Assembly (NCBI RefSeq): GCF_964204645.1 | Contig: NC_134027.1 | Location: forward strand, 3,504,485-3,568,484 | Reading direction: 5' to 3' | DNA length: 64,000 nucleotides | Origin: Tubulanus polymorphus | Lineage: Eukaryota > Animalia > Nemertea | Shown here: positions 13,284 through 25,772 of the stretch, in pieces | Numbering within the stretch: the first letter of the stretch is position 1 | Layout of the letters: every line of letters begins with the position of its first letter | Program-made: the position numbers and the translations under genes | The notes under the pieces: generated by a model | What the model was told of the DNA's origin: nothing | Databases searched by the model: none | What the model saw: only the letters and a program-made list of their open reading frames with translations

Positions 13284-14132
13284 CTAAGCAGTGAATAAAC
13301 CACCATCTGGCTTTCGCGAGTATCCTTTGTTCGTAATTTGTGAATGGTGGCCCTCTAGAAAAGAATGCCAACACTTCTTAATGAAATATGTAAGATGAAG
13401 ATGATTGAATTACTAAAACTCTAACGATGGGTGAAAAAAGTGAACTTACGAATAGCATTGTGAATGTTATCGATGCTCTCTTTCTTCGGTGATATATAAA
13501 CTCTTTCAGGACTCTCGGCCTGTGAAGGAGCTTCTACTTGTACGCCTATTCTGTTCTTGAGAATTCGTCTTGAAAAGAAATACGGCATAGATTTGAGTAA
13601 ATACTTGCCACATAAATGAACAGTGTGATAATGTTTCTCGCTTACCCGTGTTGTAATCCTAGCGTCTCCGGTTGAAGTAGCGTTTCATTTGATGCTTTTA
13701 GAAATTCACGATGATGATCATACTGAGCTTTCAATACAAAGTCTAGACTGTCATTTGGAGCCTGAGGGTCGTAATAACAGACTTCTCTTCTCGCGCTGGA
13801 AAGAGTACAGCGACTATTCAGTCTATACCATGGATCCTGCTTCTGAGCTATATGCACCGGCGTTGAATAAGCCTCATGCTGAAAGAACATTTTCAAATGA
13901 CAATCAGTAGATAAATACAATAACCCCAATAACATTCACGTCAAGTTTCTTTCATGTAGTAGGCCTTTTCAATTGTTTCTATAAGGTTAAATGTAGTGTT
14001 GAAAATTTCCAATTGCCAAGGCAAATGTTCAATCGAATGTTCGAGACTGACCTTCTGAGATATCATTCCTGTAAAGTCACTATCATTTTGAAGCTGAGGA
14101 AAAGGATATGGATCTCTCGTCGACACGTCCAT
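13284..14132 (-). CDS. CFAP276: CFAP276/C1orf194 ciliary microtubule inner protein homolog, 167 aa (exons 14132-14052, 13878-13646, 13568-13450, proximal last exon 13354-13284)
   Basis: TRDPYPFPQLQND, HIAQKQDPWYRLNS, DSLDFVLKAQYDHH, PKKESI and GYSRKPDGG match the C1orf194 family as I recall it. Splice phases are consistent. Confidence 0.9.
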
Positions 14133-14236
14133 GTTTCTGAATTGTTTCGAACGAAAATGATGACAATCAAATCCCTCCGAGATTGAAGTGTTGTTGTGTC
14201 AAACAAACACTTCCGGGTTTAGTAACATTGTTTAGG

Positions 14237-14250
14237 ATATCCATGGAAAC
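14237..14250. promoter_or_regulatory. RFX X-box-like element upstream of the ciliary gene CFAP276
   Basis: ATATCCATGGAAAC resembles the X-box consensus GTTNCCATGGNAAC and lies ~105 bp from the ATG. Forkhead-like caaacaaaca (~14200) and ETS-like acttccgg (~14209) are adjacent. Confidence 0.6.
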
Positions 14251-14665
14251 GATGCACCCTTGGTGTTCGAACTTCAGACCTGGTGATATTCACGGAGCCA
14301 TCCTTTGTATGGCAGTTCAAGTTCAGGGTAGTAGTGACTAGATCGTAATCTGTGGAACCATTTAAATATTCAATAAAGTAAATTATGTTTCAAATAGATT
14401 TTGTAAATAATAAGTGACTACTTTATGAATTTCGGCAGTTATGTTGCTCTAATATGTGAATCATTATTTCATTTTTGTCGTAAGTGAACCGAATGACCTG
14501 TAGTTCTTTAACGTAGTTGTTTAAGACATATTTAAACCAGTAATGATTTTTAACAAAGATCAATTTCAATTCAAAGATATTCCGACTATTATATTATATT
14601 TATTCAGAAAGATTGTGATAATTGAGTTTTTTTTACAGAGTTCTATCGGCGTTAATGACAACAAA

Positions 14666-17351
14666 ATGAATGTTGATGAAGATCTCAACTTGGATGATTT
14701 CACAGATGTCGTCACGTTATTCAAGTGCAAATTCTGTCAATATACCGATAGCTCGAAGAGAGGTATAGCAACGCATATAAAGAGCACTCATCTAGCTGAT
14801 AGAACTGCGGTTCAAACCGGAAAATCAGAGGTGGCTGTTACCGGTATACAGGTAGATGTCGACCAGTCAACTGAAAATAGTAGGGAACATTCATCTAGTA
14901 TCAATGGTGAAAAGGTTTCTTCTGACCTCGTAATTCAAACCGCCGCTCAAGATGTACAGCCAGATGTGAATAATGATCCTGCCAGTGCTGTTTGTGTTGT
15001 AAATAGTGATCCCGATCTTATTGAGTTGAATAATTCCACCAGTGCGGTTAATACTTCATGGGATACAGTCGAACAGGCAGCAGTAGCGGCTTTAGAAGGA
15101 TATCTGAATGCTACTCATTCAAACACTACAGATAATGGTCTGATCTCTCCCGATGATAAAGGCTCGAGCGTCAACTCGAATGTTAGCGATCTCGAGCGAC
15201 GGCGAATTCAAAATACGAGTGAATCAATTTCTTCAGAGCATGCAGTCGTTACCGAAGAACTGACTTTTCAGAATTTAGAAGTAAGTCATCCTCAACATAT
15301 CGTAATAAGTGATAGTCTCGCCGATCCGACGAATAATCAGGTTACGAATACTGATAGTAGTTTAGACGGTAGTGCTGCTGCTACGAAAGAACTTTATTTG
15401 TGTGGTCAGTGTAATGATGTATTCTCGTCTATAGACGAATGTAAACAGCACATGATTGACGATCATGAGCTCGTATTAAGCGATGATGTTTGTCTAACTC
15501 CGAAAGTAAACGCCACTGGTAAAATGATGGTTGACGCTTCCATTCAGACGCAAACGAAAAAAGCGGGGCGTAAACGCAAAACGGCGGTGGTCGAATGTGC
15601 TGAAACGGAAGAGACTCAGTTCCTCGATAGCGATAACGAGTTTAATGACGACAAGATGGCCAACGACGAGCCACCGGAGGGCAGCGTCGCTCGTAAGAAA
15701 CGTAAAATCAAAACTCCGCACGCGCTGAAAGCAGATTATCAATTCAGTCGAAGCATGTTACGAATCGCGAGACGAACGAATACCGAACGATTTCGAAAAA
15801 ATCGCGAAGTTTTATCAAAATATACAATTGCGTGTAACATCGGCAAATGCAGCGCTAAATTTTTCCTCGACGAAAGCCTGAAAACGCACAGAGCTTGTCA
15901 CATCGAGGCGTCCAATGATTTTCGGTGCCATGTTTGCGATGACGAGACGTTTAAAACGTGGAAAACCTGTCAAATTCATCTGTATCGAAAACACAACATC
16001 GACACCGATCTGTTTACGTGTACCGAGTGCGAATATAAGTGTAATACATTGTCGAAACTACTAACGCATATAGAAATACATGGAGAGGCTCGAAATTATC
16101 AGTGCCACGTTTGCGGTTATCAGTTTAAACAATTAGCCGGATTACGAGTGCATCATTCCAAAGAGCATTCGCTGAATGATGTCGATGTCGCTGACATTCC
16201 GGTAGTCTCCACCGATGCAAAATCACCCGCGGCGAAACAGTGCTCTATTTGTCAACGAACTTTCGTCAACCGTCAATGTTTGAGTAAACACATGCAAGAG
16301 GTGCATAAAACGAACAAACTGTTTTCGTGTGAATTATGTGATTACACGTGTAGCCGCAAACCGATGCTTAGACTCCACATGCGTACACATACCGGTGAAA
16401 AACCACACAAGTTAGTATCTAAAATTTAAGAATGTAATCTTCTTTCTTTATTGAAGGTAGTAATGAATTGTATTGTTTTGTCTTATAGGTGTGATCAGTG
16501 TACATTCGCATCGGCCGATCATAACTCATTACGTCGACATAAAATGCGTCACTCGGGAAAGCGTCCTTATGTTTGTCCGCACTGTCCGTATAGCTGCATA
16601 CAGAGCGTATCGTTCAAAGGTCACATGTTAAGCAAACATCCCGGGCGCGAGGGTTTGTACGCTTGTCACCTGTGCAGTTTTCAGTCCGTGAAGAAAGAAT
16701 CTCTCGATAATCATTTGAACGATCACAGCAACGGAATCGTTAAACAAGTTTCTCGGAAGACAACTCAGAAACGACAAGAAGAGAAACAGCAATCTATAAT
16801 ACATTTTCAGCAGGTTAGTTTTCATCTGTCGAGCGAAATGTTCTCAAGATTCACGTGTCTTATATTGTAAAACTGATTGTTTCTATTTCCAGGGTCAGAA
16901 CCCACCTTCGATCCCGGGATTATCAGATGCAGATGCAGCTCAATTGATTTATTCTGCTTTAAATGTCATACAGGAAAAGGCAGCTCAAGGTGATGACACT
17001 GCGCAAAGTTTTACGTTACAAATTCCCTGTTCTGGAGGCGGCAACAGTCAGGAACAAACTGTTTATTTTGCTGTACATCCTACAGATGGGACAGATATAG
17101 CGACTGAGGACAATAATACTCGGATAATAAATGAGAACAATGCTGTAGAAACGGCTTCAAACAAGAATAACGATTCGAGTGCCACAGCACTTCAACAATC
17201 TGAAAATATTTATGTGCAAAATGTTGAATCGTTATCTGAAGTGATAGCGGAAAGTGGTAAAAATGGAACTGTTCTAATAAAGGTAGAAGGGACGGGAAAT
17301 AATCGGCAGCAGTTTCATATGATTGAATTACAAGAAGGGTCATCTGCCTAG
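14666..17351 (+). CDS. Multi-C2H2 zinc-finger transcription factor, ~842 aa (exons 14666-16410, 16489-16813, 16893-17351)
   Basis: Isolated N-terminal finger VVTLFKCKFCQY...H...H (reminiscent of ZNF335), then a C-terminal finger array with HTGEKPHKC and HSGKRPYVC linkers. Splice phases are consistent. Confidence 0.88.
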
Positions 17352-17717
17352 TCATCCATCATTCATTCCTGAAATTATTGTATAGGATCACAGTTGTTTG
17401 TGAAAAAATAAATGCATTGATTGAATTAAAAGCTTGTTCCAATTTTTTCATCGTTTGCAATAAAGTTGTTGACCATCAAATATTAGATTGTTTTTCCTCA
17501 TTACTATACATAAAGGATCAAAGGTACTTCATTCCTCATCAGCATCCTTTTCTTCCTCCTGAAGTTCTCAATCACCGCAGAACCTAGTTCCTTTGAATTT
17601 CAGGCTTCATCAGAATGAAAATCAACAATTTGAGAGGAAGAATTACATAAAAACAACTGATATTTCTATTTTTCGAAAGACTAACTAAATCCGTGCAAAA
17701 ATTGATGACTAAGACAA

Positions 17718-18059
17718 TCAATCTTCACGATAAAGTTTACTCTTATCGATTTTTTCCATTTGTTTGTGCCTTCGTTTATCTCTGCATTCCACGTACAATC
17801 GACCTTTCCTTCGCACAAAGTAACACGAGTCGCATCTTTTTCGTAGAATTGTTTTTACTTTATACGACGCCACTTGGGATAAGTTTGAGTTCAATGGCTG
17901 TAAGAAACGTGCTGGTTGTGGAGTTTCTGTGTTTCGTGGAGCCACAGCAACCTGGCGAAGAAAGCTGGAACACGATGGAGTAAAAAGTCTTCGAATATTT
18001 GTGGTCCATGTACCACTGACATTTCTCTGAGCAAGCTGAATAAACCCACGCAATAGCAT
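17718..18059 (-). CDS. MRPL36: Mitochondrial ribosomal protein bL36m, single coding exon with presequence
   Basis: YKVKTILRKRCDSCYFVRRKGRLYVECRDKRRHKQ is the L36 zinc ribbon; the N-terminus is an Arg/Ser-rich targeting-like peptide; first ATG at 18059. Confidence 0.93.
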   Translation of the reverse strand: MLLRGFIQLAQRNVSGTWTTNIRRLFTPSCSSFLRQVAVAPRNTETPQPARFLQPLNSNLSQVASYKVKTILRKRCDSCYFVRRKGRLYVECRDKRRHKQMEKIDKSKLYRED

Positions 18060-18370
18060 CTCCTCCTCAGTTTGGATTTTCTGCAATGTCAATGAAACCT
18101 AAAAGAAAAAAATACAGTTTTCAATGTATCGTTGACTAAGTCTGTTCAATATACTCAAATTTGAATTTGTTACGACAATTTTGGGCCGACGTTAGTAGGC
18201 TGTTTAAATTAGTATAATTCACTGAATCGTTCAAAAATTTCATCAAAGTTGAGTTTATCATTATTTTCTTTCATATAAAAGTCATTTCGATAAAGCTTAA
18301 ATACCTAGAAATGAGAATTATCGATGATATCAAATGTTTTTAATTCCTTTTCCCATATATTCGTTTTCAG

Positions 18371-18515
18371 CTAGTGCCACCTGGCGGTGCTTATTTTACT
18401 TCCGGGTTTTAGACCAATCAGAGGTGACGATACAATCAAAACCTGAAAGGAATGATTTGATTGGTTAAACTCTAGGCGGTCTAACTCGAATGAAGAAATC
18501 TGATAAACTTGAAAC
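18371..18515. promoter_or_regulatory. Bidirectional promoter MRPL36/TPX2 with CTCF-like site, ETS site, two CCAAT boxes and a CHR-like element
   Basis: ctagtgccacctggcggt (18371-18388), acttccggg (~18398), ccaatcag (~18414), gattgg (~18459), cttgaa (~18508). Confidence 0.55.
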
Positions 18516-18622
18516 GGAGGAAGTCTTCATCTAAATTGTGGGTATTCAGCCCGAAAATAAGACGAATATCTGTATTTTATTGAACTGAAGGAGAGTAGAG
18601 TAGGCATAGTTATTAATTCAAG

Positions 18623-21600
18623 ATGACTGCAGCTACCGTCAACACAGATTGGGAATTCCACGCTCCGCAATTTTTCGATTTTGCCAACCCGGAAGAATAC
18701 GAAAATGACGAGGCCGATGCTTGGTTTGGTACGTTGATATACATTTTCAATCATAGGTCCTTACTCTTCCATGGAAGACACACTGGTGGTACTAACCTTG
18801 GTTTGGTATTTCTAGTTTTTAAGTTACCTTTGCCAGTTGTTTAATAATTGTTACCCATTTCTGCTGTAAAAAATCATTATTAGGCCCTACATTCTGCACA
18901 CTTTTTATACACTGCGCAGTTCAACCAAGCATATTTCTTCATTCATTACGTTAAGAAATATATAGGTCTGAATTATCTGTAATCTATAGTAATAATAATA
19001 CGTCGCAGTATCAGATATCGGCATTAATACGACGGGTAGGGGGTCTGCATTATACGATTTCATCCTGCATTTTTTTCAAAATAATGTTCTGTGTTTCTTC
19101 TTTCAGATGTACAAGAAACTACTGGTAACATTGATGATGAGTCTGGCTTTTGCGATGAAAGTCATCGAGAAGGACAAGGTAAACTGATAAAAACTGAACC
19201 TATGCAGAGGGAAGTGGACTATGATTTACGGGGCGCAAGACCAATTATCTAGGGCCTATTTTATTTCTAGAAAATCAATCGAAGAGGGGAGAAAAACGTC
19301 AAAGAACAACTGAATCAGTGTCGTCTATTCCTGAAGAGAGGTATTTCACAGTTTTTGACAATTAACCATTTGACTTACATATTTTTTTTGTTGCACACCA
19401 AGATAATTTGCTACAAGCAACATTAATGACATTAAATGTGATGCACGGACATAAACATCTTCACCCGTCAAGGGATTCGAACCCACTCTGCTAAAGCCGT
19501 TCCACGAACCCCTTGACCTCACGAGTCGTTACTATACGACCAGAATCAGGTCAGGCCAATCACAGCGCTTGTTACAAACGACATTAGGCATCTATGGAAT
19601 TTCCTGGTAAATAGACCAATCAGCGAACACGTAGCGAATGCGGAAGTATTGTCGTGTGTTGATATATGACGTCATGCGCAAAAGCGCCAGTAATGAAATC
19701 GCGCGTCGTGAGGCCAGGGGGCTGGTGGAAGCGAGTTCGGGAGCGATACCGGACCCCTGGCAAGCAAGGATGGGACGTAGAAATAAGATAGAAATAAGAC
19801 CTAGGCCAAAGAGTTATTGTTTAAACATATTTGTCATTTATATCCCATGCCTTTTGTCATTAAAGCCCCAGTGCTAAACGGAGGCGAGGCACTCCGCATA
19901 CACGCAGCACCTCTGTGAAGAAGGCCGTCAGGCGGGCGGTTCCATCGACAGGAAAACGTGCTACTCCAGTGGTACGAAGACCTCTGCGACCGAACAATCT
20001 GCCGACTGGTAAACCACCGATGACAATTAATAAATCAGCTGCTTCTCGCGTTAAAGTTCCAACCATTCCGGTTACACCAGCGTTTATGAGGTAGGGTCTA
20101 ATATTATTGTTATTGTTCTAAAGGATCTGTGAGAGGCTCATAAGAGTCTGTGGTTATCCTCTGAGTAGATGAGTTCATATAAACATTGACTAATTTGATA
20201 CTCTTCGTTTAGACAAATTGATGAAGCAAATTATTGATTTTGATGAATTGAGTCTTACAATTATGTGTCCCGTTTGATATGTTTTCAACAGGCGGAAACA
20301 AATGAAGACGACAACTGCAAAAACTACGGAACAGATTGAAATGGAGAAGATCGAAGAAAGTCGTCGTCAGGCTGAACAACAAAGAATTCTTGCGAAAAAA
20401 TCATACGAACAATTGAACTCGGCTAAAGGTCATATGCCTGCGTATTCGGCTAAACCGTTAACAAAACCTGATGAGTTTAACTTTCACACCGACACGCGTG
20501 TAAAAAGCCACGCGATGGAAACACGAAATGACATCAAGTCACAAGACTTCACGAGTATGCTTCGAAAACCAGACGTAGCAACAGTAAGTATTTGACTACT
20601 GTTAATCGTTATGTTATTGATACAGGAACTAAAGTGAACTGTGTTTATAGGTCTCATGTCATTATCATTATAAACGTGTTTATTTTTGTTATGAATTTCA
20701 ACTATTGAATAGATACAATAAACAGTTAAATCTTTTAGAAATAGAAAAAAACTTGTACCAAGTATTTGTGCATTAATTATTTATTAATGCAATTAATATA
20801 ATTCAGAGCGAGAGAACTTTTATAAACTCTTTAAATTGATAGTCACCAAACGAGCTGGATACCAATAGACGTCTGCCAGGCCTCCATCCATCTGATATTG
20901 AAGATGATGATGAGTTAGTCGAAACCGGCATCACGATGATTTCCAGATCTCTCCACGACTGAGATATCTCTGTTAAACCACTTACGGATAATACAAAATC
21001 TGTTAAATTATGGTTCCACTGTATAAAAGATTTATATTGCATTATTTGAACTTCAAAACAATCTCCATTTTTAGACATATCAAACGAAGGGTCCTACGGT
21101 GCCTAAGCCATTCTCTCTGCATGACAACAGACCTGCAGAACAGGGATACAAATTTGTGTCCGATGCTCAAAAATTGATAGCGTTTCAAAAGAATACTCCA
21201 GATAGATTCCATACGCGAGCTAGAAATAAAGGTAATTATTATTTCACTTTCTAATATATGCGTCGAGCCATTTTCTTATATTCCTTGAGATGCATTTTCT
21301 CTCCTGTGTTAACAGCGGCGACACCTCGTAGACACAGTCCTCGTTTGAATAAACTCACCGTAGCACGAACACCGAATTTAGAGACAAGATGTCGAAAAAG
21401 AAATATTCACATTGTTAGTCAAGCCGAAATGGAAGAAAAGGAAGTCGATGATATTAAACGGTAAATACCGCTCGCTATAGTGATATGATAGTACGTTATT
21501 CCATTTGTGATAAAATTTTGAATTACTTGATTTGCTTCGAATGAATTAGGTTTAAATTCCGTGCGAAACCTGTCAATAAGAAGGTATTAGATCAACCAGA

Positions 21601-23591
21601 AACATTGCCGGAAGTGACGGTGAAAGAGCCGACTGTACCACAACCTTTTAATCTTCACGCCGAACGTAGTCATGAACAAAAGTCTGTTGATGAGGAAAAA
21701 TACGAATTTCATGCTCAGCCCGTTCCAAAAAATATCCTAGGAGGAGTCGTAGTAAGTAATGGATTTAGTTCTGCTAATTCCTTCAATCAAAATGTAATGG
21801 ATTTACTGGTATAGGCTCTGTTTGAATATGTTTTTAGGGTGTCAAACCGGCTAAAGAAATCCAATGTACAGTTCCTGAATCGCCAGCATTCGCTCTGAAA
21901 AACAGGGTGCGATCCATAATGGATAAAACTAAAGTTCAGGTCGGTAAATTGCTTATAGCGTCCATCAAAATTGCTGTTAAATCCATGAGTTTATCTGTAC
22001 CAAAACATGATTAATTTGTCTACTTTCACTATAGGAGGAGCCTGACCAGATAACAGTTAAAGCTAACCCTGTTCCCCACTACGGTTTAGCATTCCAACCA
22101 AAATTGAATCATCGAAAAACTGTTCCGCAACCGTTTAGTTTTGAAGTTCGAGATAAAGATAAAATCCACGCGAAAGAAGAGAAAATAAAGCATGTTCTTG
22201 AAGAGGAGAAAAAGGTAAATGTTTGATGAATTCATATTGAAATCAAAAGTTACGGTAGATAATTGACTATTGATTTGATTTCAAGATGCATGTATTCCAC
22301 GCAAACCCTCTGCCTAGTTCATCACCAGATGATTTACCTGAGAAGAAAGTTAAGCCTAACACAAATCCGAAACCTTTCAATCTAGAAAGCGAAGTACGCG
22401 GCGCTTATAAAACTGGGGAGTGGACAAGAAAGGTTTGTATACAAAAGATTCATGAATCAGCTAAATTTCAAATGATGTAAATTATTCATCATTCCTATAT
22501 ACCGGGTATGTCTTAATTTTTTATATAGATGGAAGATGAAATAAAACATCAGCGTCATCAAGCATCCAGTTTTAAAGCTAGACCCAACCGTGTCACTTGT
22601 ATGAAACCTTTCGAACCAAAGAAAAGTGAGAGATCAGCTTTGGGTGAGTAGTTAATTCGAGGTCTGACGATCAATTGGTGGTCATGCGATATACCATTCT
22701 TCCTGTTAGTTAACCCATTTGGCTGTAGGTTTTTGATGCCTAAATAAACGTTTAAGCTAATGGCACAATCCAAAATCACTAACTGATCTAATTGATTTTA
22801 ACATTGAAGTCTTATAATGTGTTTGTGTTACACGCGGTCTTCAACTTCAGTTAATCTGTCCCCTTTAAATTTCTATGTCTGTTTTGTATTTTCACTGTAT
22901 TGTTCTGTCGAGCAAACATGGTCCCATTGTCCAAATTTCCATGTAAAACCTTATGTGTTATCATCCCCATCTCCTGTCGGGGACATACATTTGTAGTGAA
23001 AATAAATGCTGTTTAGATAGAACAGTATAAGAATTAAAATCATACTGGCTATTATATGGGATCTGCACGTAATGCGTAGTTCAATTCACAATACAGTTCA
23101 TAGAACTACGGATTATCTATTATCCACCTACACCATTTTAATGTACCAAAAAGCTTGGTCCCGACTGATACGGATTAACCGAGGTTGACTATATTCTTAA
23201 CTGCCACTTAGTGTTTAAGGTGAATGTGTTTCATATTTATATTTATGGATTTAACGTTAACAACTTTCCGTCATTCTCAGGGAAGGATGAATCTATTTCA
23301 GAGGTGTGCGAGATTGAATTGAACACGGATCGTCGCGCGGCAGAACGCAGAGATTTCGAACGTCGCAAACGAGAGAAAAAGCAGGAACTCGACGCCGTAC
23401 TGGACGAGGTGCGTAAACGCAAGGACACCGAAGAACAAGAAGAAATCGCGAGACTTCGCGCCGAAGCTGTTCATAAGTCGAAACCGATTCGACATTATAA
23501 ACCAGTCGTTATTCATGGTAGTGAGAAGACATTAACTACACCTATGTCGCCTAGATTCTCCGAACGTTTAGCTTTCAATAAGAAACAGTGA
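18623..23591 (+). CDS. TPX2: Targeting protein for Xklp2, spindle assembly factor (exons 18623-18728, 19107-19178, 19271-19340, 19866-20090, 20292-20583, 21075-21231, 21316-21460, 21550-21751, 21838-21939, 22035-22214, 22286-22432, 22529-22643, 23281-23591)
   Basis: N-terminal Aurora-A-binding motif WEFHAPQFFDF...ADAWFD; FQKNTPDRFH; repeated FRAKP/FHAQP/FKARP and TVPQPF motifs; C-terminal EEIARLRAEAVHKSKPIRHYKPV...LTTPMSPRFS. Confidence 0.93.
19445..19547 (-). mobile_element. tRNA-derived SINE-like head in TPX2 intron 3
   Basis: Minus-strand B box GGGTTCGAATCCC (19472-19484) with A-box-like tggtcgtatagtaacg upstream; no clean cloverleaf. Confidence 0.5.
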
Positions 23592-25772
23592 TGCGCAGTG
23601 TAGCTATTAATTTTCACAGTAGCGGGGTAGATAATTCATTGTTATGGAAATAATTTAGGTCTTTGCGTGAAAAACTGTGTGTGATATATCGAAGACATTG
23701 TGTAGAATGTATTTGAATCTATTTCTAACTTACGTATTACTGTTGATTTCGTTTTAAGGGGTATATTCCATTTCGAATCTCTATTTATCTCTAATCAGCT
23801 CCTGAAGGGCGCGTAGGATATCGCTTGAATTTACTGTGACTAGTTTTATCGGGGACTTCTGTCATGAAAAATTTACCAGACATTGAGCATAACAAGTCTT
23901 ACATTATTTCTCTTGGGATTAAGATTTTTCATGGTTAAAAACCACGTTGCCAATATTGCTTCCTAATTGTATCTTGTGAGCAGTTCTTTTATTATTTGTT
24001 GCAATTGTATGATATATCGTATGTTTTATCATTAATAAATTGAGTATGTGTAAATATGTAAATTGTCGTTTTAATTTTGATTTACTGAATCTCGGATCTG
24101 TTGAAGTTAGTAAGCATTTTATAAGGAGTCAATTAGCGAGTTGAGTGCGAACAGTGAGGAACAGTCGCATGTTTGCAGCAGAAGACGAAGTACTACTTTC
24201 TTTTGCTGCCACCATATTTGCTTTCGAAATACACAGGTGTAATTGAAAAATTCATCCAGCATTCGAGATTTTCCAGATAATAGGGCAAGCATGGCATCTT
24301 CAGTATTCTCTCTCGTCGTATAAGGCTAATGATATATCAGATTATGAAGACTAATATAAATGAATCTTTTTCAACTATTTTGCTGGGATCTGATGCATTT
24401 TATTTGGAAAAATTTAACAGTCCACTGTGTTTATACAATACATATTAACGGAAAAACAGGATCTCGTGGCATAATTGAATTTATTGATTGATATCTACAT
24501 ATCTGTTAAAATCAAACAAAATGAACGAGAATACGAAAGTCAAATGAAATTTTACTAAATGCCATGTTTAAGTCTGTATTTACAATGAGGCTATGACAAC
24601 GGCATAATTGAAAACCTTACCAGAACATTGCTATATACTTACTGCATCATCTTAGCAATTCATACTAAATTTGAACAATATGTCTTCAATGAAAAACCTT
24701 CATTTCGAGGAAAAATGTCAATGTAAATGTCTATGCTAGTTCAATTTTCAAACTAACACAAAGAATGAGTTCTTGCCAACTAAAATGATTTAACGATCTT
24801 TCATAATCATATTTTGTTAATTTAACAATTTCATGACCAAGCATTAAGAGCTTTTGTTTGCCTACATTATGAAACCGATTGATACTAATTGCAGTCTATT
24901 ATCTATAAATGTCTATAGCGATGAATAACTACTTTTCAATTATATATCATTCATAGTAAAATGATTTGCATCACATCATTAGCAGTTTGTACAGAAAAAG
25001 TGATTTCGAGTACTCGTAGTTTTAACAAATAGAAATTTGTAAAACTCAACAATTTTGGGACAACAATATACAAAAAAATTATTACGAATCACGGTTAGAA
25101 TTTTTGAAACATCCCTCACTTTCAAATTCTCATTTATGTACATGTACTAAGATTTGCGCTCAACTAAGTATCATTATATAGCATACGGTAGAATACCTAG
25201 GTAGGTGAAGCTGTGACTACAAAAATGATGACTGATTCTTTTTTTTAACAACAGAATCCATCCTTATCAAATGTCTAGCATGAAAATTGCCTAATGTTGC
25301 TAATTGAACAAACATATATCCATGTTAAATTGACTAAGCACATACGGTACATTTTGTACACATATATTTAACACAGATTTTCTGTGGACTTAATGATGTG
25401 ATTCGGATACGTAGCTACAATAGTCACACACAAATAAATAGTAAATAGATCGTATCACAAATTTTAGTACTAGAAGATAAAACGGTCTTCAAATTAAACT
25501 CATCAATATTCAAGGAAAGATTAGTCAGTAATATAAGTAAAATACATATCATTGGGATCGAATAAAATATGATTTCTTCACTGAACTATTTCGGGTTAAC
25601 TTTCCCCTTATATCCATGGTAAGGATTATCAGTACTTCTGAATTTAGTCTATCAATCCAAGAGCACAAGCTCACTTTCCTATTGACCCTTCAGCAAGCTG
25701 AAGATCAGCCACATCTTAGGTCACGAAAAATCAATTCCGGGTAAACCCATTTCGAAGTAGTTCCATCTACTT

